Source of the DNA: Callorhinchus milii
Taxonomy: Eukaryota
Assembly (NCBI RefSeq): GCF_018977255.1
Contig: NW_024704743.1
Location: forward strand, 44,828,001 to 44,892,000
Direction of reading: 5' to 3'
DNA: 64,000 nt
Every line of letters begins with the position of its first letter. Within the stretch, counting starts at the first letter, position 1. Positions 49,646-62,599 of this stretch are shown here, piece by piece. A program made the translations under genes and the position numbers. The notes beneath the pieces were generated by a model, which made no database searches, had not been told where the DNA came from, and saw only the letters and a program-made list of their open reading frames with translations.

Positions 49646-50784
49646 GCACCTTTGTTTTTAGAAAAGGATCTCAAAACCAAATTTATAAATAAATGGCAGA
49701 TTAACTAAAGGATTAGTAAAAGATTTAAGAACAGTAACTCATTCCCGAAATTGAAATATTCATTTGTGGGTTTCAGGAAATCATCTCTGATTAATAATAA
49801 TGGGATGTTAACATTTACTTTTTCTCAAACAGTAACTCCAAATCCTACAACTCCAACTGCAATATTTTATCAAGATAATCAGCCACCGAAAGTCATTATA
49901 GACAGCATCAAAGCCAATACATGGTCACCAGTATTGGGCTTCACCAGTTTTTAGTGGTCATATTCAAAAAAAAAGTTACAACGTCCTTTAAGGTTTATTT
50001 CTGTCTGTTCCTTTTCAATTCATGTGATTTTTAACTGGTGACGTTGGGAAAAGTGGCTTGGAGAAATTACTGAGGCCAATGTTTTGAGACAGATTAAATT
50101 AACGTCAGTAAGAATGCAGCCATTAAACCAGGGTACTTGAGTGATTGCACCATTTCAAATTTATATGAGGATATAAATATCCATTTCAACTTTATACGTC
50201 TCTTACACAGTCATATTCAGTTACTCCCCCAAACTAATTTCTCCAACAATGTCATGAGGACCTATTATTTAAAGAAAATATTCAAAACCAATCTACACAA
50301 ACCACTAAATGATTACAGTTTGCTCAGCTAACACAGTCCTGCTGTGTGACCTCTGATCCCTCCACACCACCATCGGTGGCCATGCCATCAGCCCCTATGC
50401 TACTGCCATCCCGAGCTCTCTGCCTCAATCTCTCCACCTTCCCACTCTTTATCTATCTTTAATTCCCAGCCTAGGACCTACCTCTTCGACCATGCTTATG
50501 GTCACCATTCCCTTCTCCCTTGCTGAGCATCAACCTCTGCTAAATAATAGCTCTCTAAGTCACCAAGGCACTATATACATGCATTTTTTTTAGTCCATAG
50601 TAACCCCTCCCTCCAATTTCCTCAACCTCTTCTTTGCTTAAGGCACTGACCTTAGCACCAGCTGAGACAAGGGTCTGTTCCTCCCCAATTTTTCTCTTGA
50701 GTTATCTGGTTGTAAAATAGAGGGATCATCTGGCTGGCTGTATGTGTAACTTGCAGCCAGGAACAGCTGCTGAGGACTGGGCGC

Positions 50785-50950
50785 ATAGATTCATAGAAAT
50801 TTGCAGCACATTAGGAGGCGATTCGGCCCATTGAGTCTGCGCTGGCTCCCAGAGCAAGCTGTCCTTTCAATATCAGAGCCCTGTGCTATCCGCATCCCCT
50901 CTCAAGCCTCTAATTTTCGCATTGATGTCTACTTCCTCCCCCCCGTGAAA
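50785..50950 (-). mobile_element. CR1-type 3' tail
   Basis: CATAGATTCATAGAAATTTGCAGCAC..GGAGGCGATTCGGCCCAT. Confidence 0.6.
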
Positions 50951-51344
50951 CCCTAAGCGCCCAGAGGCAAAGTCAGCTTCAAGGCCCCTTACATGAGGAC
51001 CTGGATTAAGCAGCTGGTGCTGAGTAAGCCTGGTATGCAGCATTGGACTTGGACTTTGAAAACATCAAGGTGGCTGAAACATTGCAAACTGTTCTGGATA
51101 AACCTTCCCACCACGCCGCAGTGAATGTCTGTCAGATAGCCGAAGACGATGACAGCTGCTTTTTGGTCGCCCATCAAGATCAATGTTCTTGATTGAATAA
51201 TTCTATACTCATAGAACATCAAAATATACCTTTCCTTCCTCAGCCTCTCTAATTTTACATGCTTTAATCTTCTCAGTATTTCTTTTACTCATTGCTTAAT
51301 AGTATTGCCAATAACATTGTATAATATATAGAATGGATCGACAC

Positions 51345-51700
51345 CCTTGTCTATAAATTCCTTCATGCCCTGGCACCTCCCTACCTCTCTGAACAGCTTA
51401 CTCCTCACTCAGTCACCTCTGCTCGCCTGGTTCCATTTCTCTGCTTGTCCCTCATCCACTCCACTCCATCATCAGCAGCTGTGCTTTCAGCCACTACACC
51501 CCCAAAACTTTGGTACTTACTCCCTCAATCCCTCCACCTTGCCCCCTGCTTCCCATGTTTAGATCACGCTTGAAGACCTTCCTCCTTGACCATACTTATG
51601 GTCACCTCCCCCTAGCTCAGGATCAGGTTCCGCCACTGTTATGCGCTCCGAGATCTAGCCCACGTGAAGGGCACCATAGAAATGCAAGTTACTGTTGTAA
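51345..51700 (+). mobile_element. Old L2 3' end
   Basis: FRSRLKTFLLDHTYGHL and an L2-type terminus. Confidence 0.7.
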
Positions 51701-51859
51701 TATTGAATGAAATAGCCCTCTTCTTATATTAATAGATACTTTCAACCAACCTGGCCACCACAATTAGAGATTTTGTTTTGATGACTTTTAATACAAAATG
51801 AATTTACCCAAAGTCAGGGATCAATTGCTATTTATATCTGCCTTCTGCAAAGCCTTTGG

Positions 51860-52290
51860 TTTTCAGGTACCACAGAGCCATTGTGAAGATGCAGGTGATA
51901 GACTCACAGAGCTGGGTATGAGAAAGCGTATTTACTGCAGAGTTCTGTATAATCTGGAGTTCGTGGAGGGTCAAGCTAGGAAGGGTAATGAGGAAGGCAT
52001 TGGAGAAATCAAGACTGGAAGTAACAAAGGCTTGAGGTTTGAATGAGGGTTTAGGCTGCTCTGGGGTTGAAGTAGTGATAGAGTTGGACTATATTGCAGC
52101 AATCAAAGAAGACGCAGTTTTTTAAGGACAAGGACTTAAATAAGAGCAGTGGGTGAAACAAAACACCAAGACAGAGCGCAAGCTCCTGGAGTTGGAATGT
52201 ATGGTCTAAGCCAGTGGTGAGGAGCTACTGGTGGTAACCAGATATCATAGCTTCAGTTTTGTCTACATAGAGCTGAAGAAAGATAAGGAT
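51860..52290 (-). mobile_element. Highly degenerate L2 fragment
   Basis: GCAGAGTTCTGTATAATCTGGAG and AAACAAAACACCAAG resemble reverse-complement L2 RT C-terminal sequence. Confidence 0.5.
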
Positions 52291-52756
52291 GAAACCTTAG
52301 GCATGATTCCTTACTCCACACTTCTCTGTTTACCTAGTAGTAAGTAGGAACCCGGTTGTTAGTCAATTGGCGGATCTCTTTTTCCCCGCAAAAATAATAA
52401 TTTGGTCACTCAATCCACGACAGTTTGTGGGACACTACTGGGCACAATTGGCTGCTGTGTTTCGCCCACAAAATATACCGTCAATTCACTTTACAGTATA
52501 TTCTGTGAAGTGCTTTGAGACTTCTTTGATAAGGCGCGATATCAAGTGCAAGGATTATTGTTATTAAGAGTCACCCAGGACTTTGTGAGCCTGAATAATA
52601 GGGCTAAATATTGTGGAGCAATGCTGTGCACAATCTGTCTCCCTCGTTTCGCCCCCAAAACAGTCAAACCACTTTACAGTATATCCTGTGAAGCACTTTG
52701 AAATGTCTCAATGACGTAATAAGGCACTATATCAAGTGCAAGGATTATTATTATTG
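52290..52756 (+). mobile_element. Two SINE pieces (52290-52565 long subfamily; 52610-52756 tail)
   Basis: CCTTACTCCACA..CTCTGTTTACCTAG..GTAAGTAGGAACCCGG; two TGCAAGGATTATT termini. Confidence 0.85.
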
Positions 52757-52979
52757 TTAAATGGTGGTGTTCAACTCGATTCCAAAACTGAACTGCGTAA
52801 ATCAGGTCTTATTCAGGAGTACATCACTCTAATCTCTGTTCCAATGTGATCTACTTCCAAGGCATCTGATCAATGGGAATTCTGCAGGGTAAGAACAATT
52901 TCTAAGGAATACTGAAAGTTTAACCTTCCTCCACCCTGCCACCAATGCTGCAGAAAGGTGTTAGATCTATCTGGCTATA

Positions 52980-53146
52980 TACTCAGAGCCTTCAAGAGGG
53001 AACTGGATAAATACTTTAACGAGCCAGCTACAGGGATGTGGGGAAAGGGCAGGTAAATAGGACTGAAAGGACTGCACTTGAGGAAGCTGGCACAGAAACA
53101 ACGGGTCGAATGGCCTTTTTCTATGCCACAAATGTTTATGATTCTA
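52980..53146 (+). mobile_element. CR1 ORF2 end and 3' tail
   Basis: AFKRELDKY; GGGTCGAATGGCCT...TATGATTCTA. Confidence 0.7.
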
Positions 53147-53769
53147 GAGTACTTTGTTATAAATATAAGGGTGTACAATGGGAGCTGAAATCAATGATTT
53201 ATTGAAAAAAGAGATTATCAGAGCACTACAATGTGAGTGGATATCCTTTCAGTCAGACATTGTGTTCTGTTTATTTATTTTATTTGGGATGAGCGAATCA
53301 TCTGGTCCAAGAACTCAGTACAGCTAAAGTCATTCTTTCAAACAGGTCAAATATTACTCCCGAAAACTGACTCCTTAAGTAAAGTTCCCTGAGGTTTCAT
53401 TTTCGAGTGAATTCTATTTCATTTTTTTGCAAAATAGCATTGCCAATGCAAGCCTGCCACAATAAAAAAGATACACAGGAGTGTGGTAAATGGCATCAGT
53501 CTGGTGCATCAATTGGGAAATAGTCACCCACTGCAGTATGCATCAATCAGGAAGTCCAACACATATATCAGGACATGTGCTCAGTATTGTCTGGGGCCTT
53601 GGAGCAATTCTAGAGAGCCAATTCCAGAGCCAAGAATATTACCATCTGGAAACCGAAGTATAAGCCTAGTTTATACACAAGAGATTGTCAGGGAGATGGT
53701 TAACCAGGGAAGGCCTATAGCACGAATAAACCCACAACTCCTGAAAACTAAATTTAGGGATTCACCTTT

Positions 53770-53860
53770 ACGCACAGTGTCTGGCAAGCTTGCTGCTGCT
53801 TTGTCAGCCAGGGCCAAACTACCCATTAGTGCTTTGGCTTGCATGGTTAACAGCAGCTAC
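53770..53860 (-). mobile_element. Ancient unassigned repeat, short fragment (copy 4)
   Basis: TGTCTGGCAAGCTTGCTGCTGCTTTGTCAGCCAGG...GCTTTGGCTTGCATGGTTAACAG, shared with 4730, 16165 and 58785. Confidence 0.55.
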
Positions 53861-55944
53861 ATCACTTGCACCATTAGATGCCGTTTTCTTCCACACCCTC
53901 TGTCACTTTTGTGGTTTAAATCTCTCTCCTTCCATAAATCCCAAACAAAGGATTTGCTTTGTCCTTTTGTGGCAGTGTGCAGGGCCACTCAGAATAAAGT
54001 GCAGATGACCAGTCCTTTGTCTGAAAGCACTCTGACCATAATAAATAAAAACAATGAACTAAATGGATTGGGAATATATGGAGAATAATGGATGCCTGGC
54101 AGGATTAGAAAACAGTAATGTAATCAAGTACTTCAGATGACATCATAGGCCACAAGAGCAGAGCTTGAGTGATTTATAAGCATCATCTAAACCCTTTTGA
54201 TTAGATTACTGCCTTCAAAGTACTGGGGTATCTGTTATTTATTTTTCCAGAATATATACTATTAATTATATGGTGAGGGTTTTTTTTTGCCTTTGGGTCT
54301 GATTTGTGCTGCTCCGACCCTCAGTGTTGCAGTGGACTCTGTGCTTCTTGTCATTGATGGGTGATGATGATCGCATTGTGACAGGTTTATCAAGAAACAC
54401 TTTGCCTTTGAGTGCTCGAACGATTCTATGGCCAGGATATGTTATGAAAGGTTAACTTTTCTTGAAAAAAATGTGCTTGTCATTAAAGACACGTGTCAAC
54501 TGAGTTAATTTGGTTTGTATCTCCCTCTGGCAGTGCACTGATAAGATTAGCTAACATTCTGTGTTGCAGCCACTGGACAGTATCTGTGTCTACTGTATAC
54601 GCTTGTACAGTATCATGTGCTGAGGCATTCAATCTTTTTTTATTCACAGGCTGCCTCTCAATTGAGAGTAAAATGAATCTGAGTTTATATGAGGGTTTAG
54701 TTCGGCTAATGGAGGTATGGTAATTCAGTACTGCTCTCCAAATCTCTCCTCACACAGGCTAAAGATTCACCAGTCACTTCACAGCACTTCTGTAATGAGT
54801 CAATTGATTTTTCCTTCTGGCTTTATGGGAAACTGATTTGATAGTAGAAACGAGGGCACCTCTCCACTGCTACACGTAAGCTTTCAGCTCTCTGTCTTAG
54901 TGACAGTTGGTGAAAGAGCATCGCTGATTACGGAGCTAAAGGAATTATTGGCAAGCACGAGCATGAAGACTCTCTGCGTTTCAAATCCTTTCCGTTCACA
55001 GGCACGATGCCGTCAGCTTGGTGAGATGTATTTTTCATGTTGGCAGTTTTAATTAACCCTTTCATGACATGTTCATTTCTCACATCTTATATTAGTGACC
55101 ACAAGTTCTGTGTGTTGTGTATTGTTCTCAAAGAAAAATTCACCCTGTCTGATAAATGAATGAATCCCATTTTAATTTTTATTCTTTAATTTTTATTCTT
55201 CTAATGATTCGACATAGTAACTATTTGCAGGTGAACTGTGAAACATTATACTGTGAAGTACATGATTCCGGGGACTCATTTTATGATATATTGTATGTTG
55301 CTCAATGTAAACTGTCCTGATTTTAGCAATCTTGTTGGTATTCATTAGGAATGGTTGTGAGAGTCTAAAATAATGATATCTATATTCGATCCTGGAATGC
55401 GATTGGTTTTACTCACAGAATTTCAATTGTACCAATTAGATTGTCGTCCCATATTTAGGAATGTGCTGGCATGTCAAGAATTCCCAACGTACTCCGATAA
55501 GTGTGAAATGTGAGAAAGTGCTGACTGCTTTTAATGTACTTTTAAACACGAACATCGTTTAAATATAACAAACATGCAGAGTCATAAAATTACTTTTGAG
55601 GTCAGGCTTCAGGTACTATAGAGCTATATATCACCCCTACACCAGAATAGTCTTGGATTTAACACAGCTTTTCATGTGCAGTCCATCACTTGTGGGGCCC
55701 ACTGTTAATCCTTCAAGCACTGACAGATATTTTTAACTCTTCTGTGCATGTCTCTTTTTCTTTGGGGAAAAATACTGTTAACTACAACAGTATAAAATTG
55801 TTTCTATTTACTTTCATATTTATTAACATTTTGGTATGAAAATTCTACATTTGTCTCTACGGATTAATGAAGGGCATGGGAATATAGGAATCGCTAGATG
55901 ACAAAAGACAACGTCCATCTAGTTTGCCTTCCATTTAAAGAAAT

Positions 55945-56132
55945 AAGTAATAATAATAATTTGGTCACTCAGCCTACGAGAGTTTGTAGTACACTGCTGT
56001 GCTCAACTGGCTGCTGCGTTTTGCCTACAGAATACAATCAACTCACTTTGCAGTGCATTCTCTGAAGCACTTTGAGTTGTCCTGAAGACGTGATAAGGCG
56101 CTATATCAAATGCAAGAATTATTATTATTATC
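55945..56132 (+). mobile_element. SINE 3' half
   Basis: AATTTGGTCACTCA...GAAGACGTGATAAGGCGCTATATCAAATGC. Confidence 0.85.
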
Positions 56133-56759
56133 ATTCTATAGTCGGTGCTACAATAATAGAGATATTGATGTTCATTTGTTGAGTGGAACTTTGTAAAGAA
56201 ATCCTTCTTTTGGAGCCATTCCACAATGTATCGTTTGTATGACTCAGTATGGAGATGTTCTACTCGATTTGCACTGAAAGCTTTGTCGGAGGAGTAGCTA
56301 TAATCTCTCAAATGTGAGAGTGAAAGGGCCTTTCATTAAATCTTTATAACAACTGTAATTAAATTAGATTACTTAAATTAGAGTTCACTAAAACTGAGTA
56401 CCTGGAACAGATTAACACCCGTTTGAATTGGATGCCCTCTTCTGCTTTTAGGTGCTGACTGCTGTAGAAAACATTACAATAATGTGGTCCGAGACCAGGC
56501 TGTAGAAGGACAGAGTGTAGCACTTCTGTATTTAAATTACTTTGTAGCTTTTCATTATTTATTGAGTCGTGAGGTCCCTAGGTTTTTATTGCATTGTATC
56601 ATTCTGTTTTAACATGGCACGTCTGGGAAAGTTTGCTCGTTTCAAGAAACTCCTTAGCAAGTTATTTTTAGTATAAGTATCTTCAATAAATATTGCATTC
56701 TGCATGATTCTTCATCTTCATACGTGGCAATGCACATAAGGCCAGCGCTGTACTTCTAG

Positions 56760-58402
56760 GCCAAGACAATCTTGGAGGCCAAGGACAACCCCAGTCTCCT
56801 CTTCTCCATCACCAAATGGCTCCTCCACCCACCCTCTCATGCCTCGCCCATCCTCACCTCCAACACCAACTGCAAGGAGATGCTGGACTTCCTCAAAACC
56901 AAAGTTGAGGGGATCCGCTCAGCTGCCTCTATCCTTCTGTCTACTATCCCCTCCCCATCGCACCTCGGCCCCTACCAATCCCTTCCTCCACACCTTCAAA
57001 TCTGTCTCCCTCTCCTCTTTCACCACCACTATAACCCACATGAAACTGACCACCTGCTCCCTCAACCCCATCCCTACCTCTCTCCTTACCTCCCAGCTCC
57101 ACCTCATTTCCGCTCTACTCACAGACATCATAAACCTCTCCCTATCCAACGGCACTGTTCTCACCACTTTAAAAACAGCCGTCATCACTCCTATCCTTAA
57201 AAAAACTCTCCCTGGACCTATCCCTGCTCTCAAACTACCGCCCCATCTCCAACCTCCCTTTCCTTTCCAAGGTCCTGGAACAAGTCGTTGCTTCCCAGCC
57301 TCGCTCCTTCCTCTCCTGCCACTCCTTTCATGAACCCCTCCAATCTGGTTTCCGTGCTGCTCACAGCACAGAAACAGCTTTGGTCAAAGTGACAAATGAC
57401 ATTCTGTCCATCTGCGACCAGATCTCCCTCTGCCTCCTCATTCTCTTTGAGCTCTCTGCTGCCTTCGATACCATTAACCACTTTATCCTTCTCCACTGCC
57501 TCTTCTCTCACCTCAACCTTCATGGTTCTGTCCTTGAATGGTTCAGGTCCCACCTCTCACACTGTCGTCACTTCATCTCCACAAATGCCTTCTCCTCTCG
57601 CCCCTACACCATCTTATGTGGTGTTCCTCAGGGCTCTGTCCTTGGTCCCCTCCTCTTCAATATCTATATGCTCACACTTGATGACATTATCCGCAGACAT
57701 AGGGTCAACTTCCACATGCATGCGGATGACACCCAACTTTACCTCTCTGCCTCCACCCTTGACTTCAGGACCACTGCTGTCCTGACAGAAGGTCTGTTGG
57801 ACATGAAGTCCTGGATGAGAGCTCACTTTCTTCAGTTGAACGTCAATAAGACCGAGGCTCTCCTGATCAGCCCCCATCAGCGCCTTCTGACCTCAGGCAC
57901 TGACAGCCTCATCATCCAAGGATGCACACTCCACCTCACTGAGCCAGTCCAGAACCCTGGCATCTTGCTTGACCCTCAACTATCCTTTCTACCCCACATC
58001 CATGCCATGACCTGCTCTGCCTTCCCCCATCTCCACAACATTGCCTGGCTCTGCCACTGTCTCACACCGCAGGCTGCCGAGACCCACTAACATGGATTCA
58101 TAACATGTAGGTTCGACAGTGCAAACTCCCTGCTTGTCGGCCGATCCAACAACTCCCTCCATAGGCTGCAGATAATTCAGAACTCTGCAGTCCATGTCCT
58201 CTCCCGCACCTGGCTCCATGACCCTATCACCCCCATCATTCGCCCAATTCCACTGGCTTCCCATCATACAGAGGATACAGTTCAAGATCCTGGTCCTCAC
58301 CTTCAAAGCCCTCCATGGCCTTGCTCCCCCCACTTCTGCGACCTCTTAACTGTCTACCAATCTGCCTGCTCCCTCCGCTCAGCTGATTCTGGCCTGCTTC
58401 AC
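56760..58402 (+). mobile_element. L2 fragment (tether + RT), truncated at both ends
   Basis: ORF 57380-58090: [32 protein letters not shown]. Confidence 0.92.
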
Positions 58403-59150
58403 TTTTTTCCAAATCTTGCATGGAAGATTGTAACAGGAATACATCAGTATTCATACTTTTGAGATGGAGGCCAGTAAATCAACACCTGCTTCACACCTAT
58501 CACTGGCATGCCAGATATCACAAGGTTTTTGTTTGTCAGCCGAGTGTCTTATACGCGTGAAAACCCATCACTATAGAGTCTGCATACCAAACTACCTAGA
58601 GTTTCACATATGCATGCTTTACGTTTCTGGAATGGAATGTGCTCTCTCTCTCCAGAGGGTCATGACTTGCTCATCTAATACAATAGAGTTTAGGCTCAGA
58701 TTAGCAAGAGCCAAATCCTGAGGGCTCCAGAGTAAGCATTATGATATTGCTGGGTTTAGTCAGCTAAAACTGCCATCGTGAACACTGGAAAGCTGCCTGC
58801 TGTTTCTCCAGTTGGACCTCCCTACCAATTAGGCTTGCAGGGTTAACAGGGGTTGAGTTGGAAGAATCCCAGCCCCCAGTCTGCTGCTCTGCTCTTCCAA
58901 TCCTCTTAATGAGCCAGACTGGCTGGCTTGTCAACAACAACACCCTGGAGTACTGTTGGCAACTGGATTATCAAGAACACCATGAAGGATCAATTATTTT
59001 CTGGTATTTCATTGCCAAACACTTCACTTGGAGCCAACTCAGCCCCAAAGAGAAACCACTTACCTTCCTCACCCCCAACCTGCACCCCTACCCCAAGAGG
59101 CTACAAGAAATAATAGCCAGACTGTCAGTATAATCAGAACATATGGAATG
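58403..59150 (-). mobile_element. Ancient unassigned repeat, possible RTE-like LINE 5' region (copy 5)
   Basis: AAACCCATCACTAT, GCAAGAGCCAA, GGAAGAATCCC, CATTGCCAAACAC; the minus frame near 58450 reads LKSMNTDVFLLQ. Confidence 0.6.
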
Positions 59151-59181
59151 TTGTCTAATGTAGGACTCACTAGCGAAAGGA

Positions 59182-59495
59182 TTAATAATAATAATAATCC
59201 TTGCATTTGATATAGCGCTTTTCACGTCTTCTAGATGTCCCAAAGCACTTCACAGAATATACTGTGAAGTGAATTGACTATATATTTGTGTGCGAACGCG
59301 GCAGCCGATTGCGCACAACAATGTCCCACAAACAGTCATGGATTGAAAATGACCAATTTTTATTATTGTTTGTTTTTTTTGGAGGGATTATTATTAGGCG
59401 TGTGGAGTAAGGAAACTTGCCCAAGGTTTCGCCCTGCCTGGAATTGAATTCAGGTCTCTCACGTGCAAAGCGAGTGCTCTAACCACTGAGCTACA
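59182..59495 (-). mobile_element. tRNA-Ala-derived SINE, short subfamily
   Basis: Short body, TAGAA 3' loop, head lacking the first few bases. Confidence 0.9.
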
Positions 59496-59559
59496 TTCAA
59501 GAACTGATGAAAGGATATTTCTAAACCAGATTTCATCATCTTTCACCATATGTTGGACT

Positions 59560-60430
59560 GCAGTCTCTAGAAACTAGTGTAGCCAACTTGTGACTATCCT
59601 GGAAACTGACATCCAAGGTAATGTATTTGGAGATGGAATGTCAGAATCAAGTCAACCCACTGTAGCAGTTATGCTAGTCCAGTTCCAAACCCTCGTGGTT
59701 CTGCCACACTCCAAGGCACTGCTGATATCAGCCTGTCCACTCCCTCCGCTTAGCAGACACTGGCCTGCTTCAGGTCCCCTGCACTTCCTGCCCCACCATT
59801 GGTGGTCGGGCATTCAGCATCTCTGCCCCCACACTCTGGAACTCTATTCCACAATCTCTCCACCTCACTCCCTCTCTTGCCTCCTTCAAGTCCCATCTAA
59901 AGACCTTCCTTTTCGATCGTGCCTTTGGCCACCCTCCCATCCCCCCCATCCCTGCACTCCACCCCTGCCCCCAAATCCCAGCTCGGGTCCAAAACCCCTG
60001 ATTGTCCAGCGCCCTGGTATGTCTTTCCAATGTGAAGGGCTCTATACAATTGTAATTTGCTGTTGTGGTTGCTCACTAGGGGTAGGGATTCTTCCCATCT
60101 TCTCACCTGGCTACTGTAAACCAAACTCTTAACAGGTAGGGTGGACTTAGCTGAACAAGAAGTGGAATGCTTGACAGACTATATAACCTGCACTCAATGG
60201 CAGGTTATATAGTTTTAGCTCCAAAAGTACCCCATTGTACACTCTGGGGTTCCATACCGTGGCTCGTGCCAACCTATGCATACTTTACTGGAATTGCATA
60301 AGCACCACCAGGGTGCACATTTCATCCCATGTGTAGGTGGTATACAAATATGGAACCCAGTCTGAGTCGGATACTCTTAAGCATAGTGATGGGTTTCCAC
60401 ATGTGTCAGACACCCAGTTAACCAAAAACT
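59560..60430 (+). mobile_element. Ancient unassigned repeat, opposite orientation (copy 6), interrupted by L2
   Basis: GGATACTCTTAAGCATAGTGATGGGTTTCCACATGTGTCAGACACCCAGTTAACCAAAAA is the reverse complement of 31365-31425-like sequence. Confidence 0.65.
59730..60070 (+). mobile_element. L2 3' end
   Basis: Closely similar to 17540-17842. Confidence 0.88.
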
Positions 60431-60831
60431 GCAGCAAATTATTAAGAAAATTCTCATGGTTATTGATTAATAGGATAAAATAATTAGCACATTAGTTGTA
60501 CTAAATTCTGCCAGATTGTAGTGTCCTAAGGAAAACACAGCTACTCAGTTTAGAGCTTGTCTATCTAAAAAGAATGATTGTGAAAAATGTTCCTCGTAAT
60601 TTGTTGTAAACTTCTGGCTGATGAGTGATGAGAGATGGTGAAGCCTGGCGTAGGAATATCCTTTTGTCTATTTTTAATACATGCAATGGTTAGTCCTCCA
60701 TTAGATGACATTTTGCATGTTCAGAACTATGTTTTGTTTATACAGGGACTATCCCATCACAAAATTCCAGTTATACAGAGACTGTCCAAGCTTTAAGTTC
60801 TAGCTATATATAACTATGAGCGTATATGAGC

Positions 60832-61095
60832 AATTCCAGGCAGGGCGAAACCTTGGGCAAGTTTCCTTACTCCACACGCCTAATAATAATCCCTCCAAAA
60901 CAAAAAAACAATAATAAATTGGTCATTTTCAATCCATGACTGTTTGTGGGACATTGCTGTGTGCAATTGGCTGCCGGGTTCGCCCACAAATATACAGTCA
61001 ATTCACTTTACATGTGTTCTGTGAAGCACTTTGGGACGTCCTCCCAACGTGAAACGTGCTATATCAAATGCAAGGATTATTATTATTATTATTAT
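60832..61095 (+). mobile_element. tRNA-derived SINE, short subfamily, 5'-truncated
   Basis: Starts within the B box (AATTCCAGGCAGGGCG); CTCCC-type 3' loop. Confidence 0.9.
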
Positions 61096-61119
61096 ATAAC
61101 ATCATTAAATGTTGCTCTC

Positions 61120-61428
61120 ATAATAATAATCCCCGCATTTGATTTAGCGCTTTTCACGTCTTCAAGATTTCTCAAAGCGCTTCACAGAATATACTGTAAA
61201 GTGAATTGACTGTATATTTGTGGGCGAAATGTGGCAGCCAAATTACGCACAGCAGCGTCCTACAAACAGTCGTGGATTGAAGTGACCAATTTATTATTGT
61301 TTTTTTTTCTTGAGGAATTATTATTAGGCGTGTGGAGTAAAGAAACTTGCCCAAGGTTTCGCCCTGCCGGGAATCAAACTGAGGTCTTTCGCTTGAGAGG
61401 CTCTAAGCATTGAGCTACAGGATTCCTA
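61120..61428 (-). mobile_element. tRNA-derived SINE, short subfamily
   Basis: Tail at 61120; head TGAGCTACAGGATTCC. Confidence 0.9.
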
Positions 61429-61449
61429 CAGGACTCATACCAAGCTTCA

Positions 61450-61822
61450 TAATAATAATAATCCTTGCAATTGATGTAGCACCTTATCATGTCTTCGAGC
61501 TATGTCAAAGCACTTCACAGAATATACTGTAAAATAAATTGACTGTTTATTTTGTGGGCAAAACATTGCAGCCAATTGTGCACAGTAGTGTTCTACAAAC
61601 ATTCGTGGATTGAGTGACCAATTTATTATTTTTTTACTAAGGAATTATTACTCCCGGAAAAGTGACCCACCAATCGATTAACAACCGGATTCCTACTTAC
61701 TGCTAGGTAAACTGTGCTTGCGGAGTAAGGAAACTTGCCCAATGTTTCGCCCTGCCGTGAATCAAACCCAGGTCTCTCACTTGCAAGGCGAGTGCTCTAA
61801 CCACTGAGCTACAGGACTCCAC
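61450..61822 (-). mobile_element. tRNA-Ala-derived SINE, long subfamily, full length
   Basis: Ends CCACTGAGCTACAGGACTCCAC. Confidence 0.92.
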
Positions 61823-62599
61823 AGTGTTCTCAAGGCTCATTTACAGCCTCATCAAAAAAGAGCCCATTTGTGAAAATTGAACTTAAATGACATTTGATTT
61901 GGATCTTTTATCAATTTAATAAGCTAAGATCATTCTGGGTGGGCAAGGGAGGTCGATCAGCATTTAAAGGCAAAAGCTAAGTTAATATTCTGGATTTTCT
62001 GATGAGGGTGTCACATCAAAAATGGTAATCTGTCTTTCTTATTAAGATGTTTATCTATCTATTGTGCATTGCTTTTATTGTTATTTTAAATTACCACTAT
62101 TCACAATTGCTTATGTTTTGCATTTTATTGTCCAATGTTTGTTTTCAGTTCAATTGGTACCATTTTACTGGGGCAGCATTTTCCTTCCATCTCTGTAATA
62201 CCATTGTAACATCAAGTTGCAGGAAAAAATTGTTTCTTGGGAGGTATATTTCTCAGAAAATAAAGGTCGGCAAGTCTACAGGGAAATGCATTGGCTTGCA
62301 GTTACATTGCCTTCCCATCCAGAGAGTCACAAGTTCAAATCCTGGGGCTGTCTTTTGCTTCAATCTGCATTTCATTAAAGAGAAAAGATACATCAGTTCT
62401 CTGTTGGGTCACTAAATTAAACCCTTCATGCTGGCAGAGGGGAAAGGTTGGGGTGAAGCAACTATGGGCCAAAATTTCTCAAGGCTTTAGCCCAGTCCTA
62501 GGTTCTAGCTATATATAACTATAGGCTGTCCAGAACTACATTCTGGTCTCATACCAAGCTTTATGTTCTTGTGGCTCTTTTGCAGCCTTATCAAGAACC

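Noticed and set aside
51030..51192. Protein-looking frame LDLDFENIKVAETLQTVLDKP...
   Set aside because: Bounded by stops, no splice signals and no family I can name.
53483..54088. 201-aa ORF outside obvious LINEs
   Set aside because: GTG start, no recognisable domain or clear splice boundaries, and it overlaps an ancient repeat fragment at 53770-53860; likely chance.
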